From positions 4,712,001 through 4,776,000 of the forward strand of contig OZ024747.1 of NCBI GenBank assembly GCA_964016885.1: 64,000 bases of DNA, in the 5' to 3' direction. Positions within the stretch are counted from its first letter, which is position 1. Every line of letters begins with the position of its first letter. Below, piece after piece: positions 62,601 to 64,000 of the stretch. The notes beneath the pieces are model-generated. The model ran no database searches, was not told where the DNA came from, and saw only the letters and a program-made list of their open reading frames with translations. Position numbers and translations under genes: made by a program. The DNA is from Eledone cirrhosa (taxonomy: Eukaryota).

Positions 62601-63555
62601 TTAGGGAGAAGTGTTTAGACGGGGTCCGTATTTGTTAATAAAGTGAGATTCCTTGCTGATGCTCTGGGTGTGGGTGGCATTATCTTTAAATTTGTAGAGG
62701 GGAAAGATTCTAAAGTTGGGATGATTTTTTGGTGGCACAGGTATCAATGTGTTCACTCAGTGGTATTTTTCTGTATTCCCGTATTTTAATTTGGGATCTA
62801 TGGACAGTCATGCGTTGACGGAGGCTGTTTTTAGTCTGGCCTATGTATTCTCGACAACCTGAGCAAGTTAATACATATATTAGATTTTCTGATGCGCATG
62901 TGAAATTGTGTTTTACTATAAAACGTTGTCCTTCTTTGAAATAGAATTCTGAACCCTCTATTAGGTTGATGCATATGCCACAGTTGGGTCTATCGCATTT
63001 TTTTACTGTGGGTTTCGTTGTTGTGGTTGGCAGTACTCTGGCATGTGTTAGGATGTTTTTCATTGACTTAGATTGTCTTTTGCTCTCTATGATATCGTGT
63101 GTTCGAAGGATTTGGTTCATTCTATGGTCCTTTTTTTAATACAGGGATGTTCTGGAGGATAGTGTCAAAGGCCTCATTGTTGAGGAGGTTGTGTGTGGAG
63201 ATGTATGGAAGAGCTTTTAGTTTCGGTTGATTTACTTTAGGGTGTCTAAGGTCCTGGGTACTGAGTTTTAGGGCACATTGGATTCCATTGTCAATTAGTG
63301 ATGCAGGGTAGTCCCTGCTTATGAGTGTGTCCTTTAGTTCTTGTAGCCGTAAGTAGCAGGTGTTTTTATTGGAGACTATAGTACAGATTCTCTTGGCTAA
63401 GTTGTAGGGAATATTAATTTTAACGTGTCTAGGGTGGCAAGAATTGAAAGGAAGATATTGCTTGGAGTCTGTCGGCTTGTAGTATATGTCTGTTTCTATT
63501 TTTTTGTTATGAATCTTAATGAGGATGTCGAGGAAGGGGAGTTGTTGATGGCTGT
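62601..63555 (-). pseudogene. Penelope-like RT C-terminus + Cys-rich linker + GIY-YIG endonuclease (frameshifted)
   Basis: LPFLDILI...TDIYYKPTDSKQYLPFNSCHPRH..NIPYNLAKRI; CDRPNCGIC; FTCASENLIYVLTCSGCREYIGQT..LRQRMTVHR; ends ...ESHFINKYGPRLNTSP*. Confidence 0.9.
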
Positions 63556-64000
63556 TTTGAAAAGCATTAGATATGCGCAACCGGTAAAACTAAAACTGAA
63601 TACTAACCAATACTTATTACTAATTTATACTTATTCCTAATTAAACTATTTTACACTGGGAAAAATTTGTCAGCATTTTCTTTTCCTTTTACTAATATAT
63701 ATATATATATATATATGTGTGTGTATATATATATATAACGAAGGAGTTGTGGTAAGGAACCAGAGTACTCACCAGAGTACTCAATACTTAGGGTAGTTGA
63801 GTGGGTAGTAGGAAAATGTATGACCCCCAACGGCAGAGCTCAAGCCGTTTCGAAATCTATTTTTGGACTCTATTCGACGGCTATTTCGTCCAGAAATAGC
63901 CGTGGAAACCGCTTGAGCTCTGCCGTCGGGGTCATACATTTTCCTATATATATATATATATATACAAATATATATATAAATGAAAAGTATAGAAAGAAAA

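Overview
Eukaryotic, AT- and microsatellite-rich DNA that looks like octopus/coleoid cephalopod sequence (inferred from the protocadherin type and the SINE and repeat content). There is one host gene, a + strand 6-EC protocadherin. It has a large ectodomain/TM exon (10906-13396, ATG 10991) and three cytoplasmic exons I reconstructed by hand from phase-compatible splice sites (21670-21799, 36213-36442, 36810-36824 plus 3'UTR), giving ~926 aa. The rest is microsatellites, minisatellites, tRNA-derived SINEs and truncated LINEs (R4/Dong-like, RTE-like, CR1-like), plus a 5'-truncated Penelope-like element (RT thumb + GIY-YIG) with an inverted pseudo-LTR. The main hidden signal is about 20 type I hammerhead ribozyme (HHR) motifs from several small non-coding element families, mostly inserted into (TA)n tracts and often partly inverted. 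These include a 2.9-kb palindromic array of 311-nt HHR-bearing monomers inside a protocadherin intron, a 466-nt HHR dimer, and HHRs with variant cores (U3:A8 covariation, U4C, A13C). They fit retrozyme-like non-autonomous Penelope satellites. Ribozyme activity, expression and the splice model are inferred, not demonstrated.
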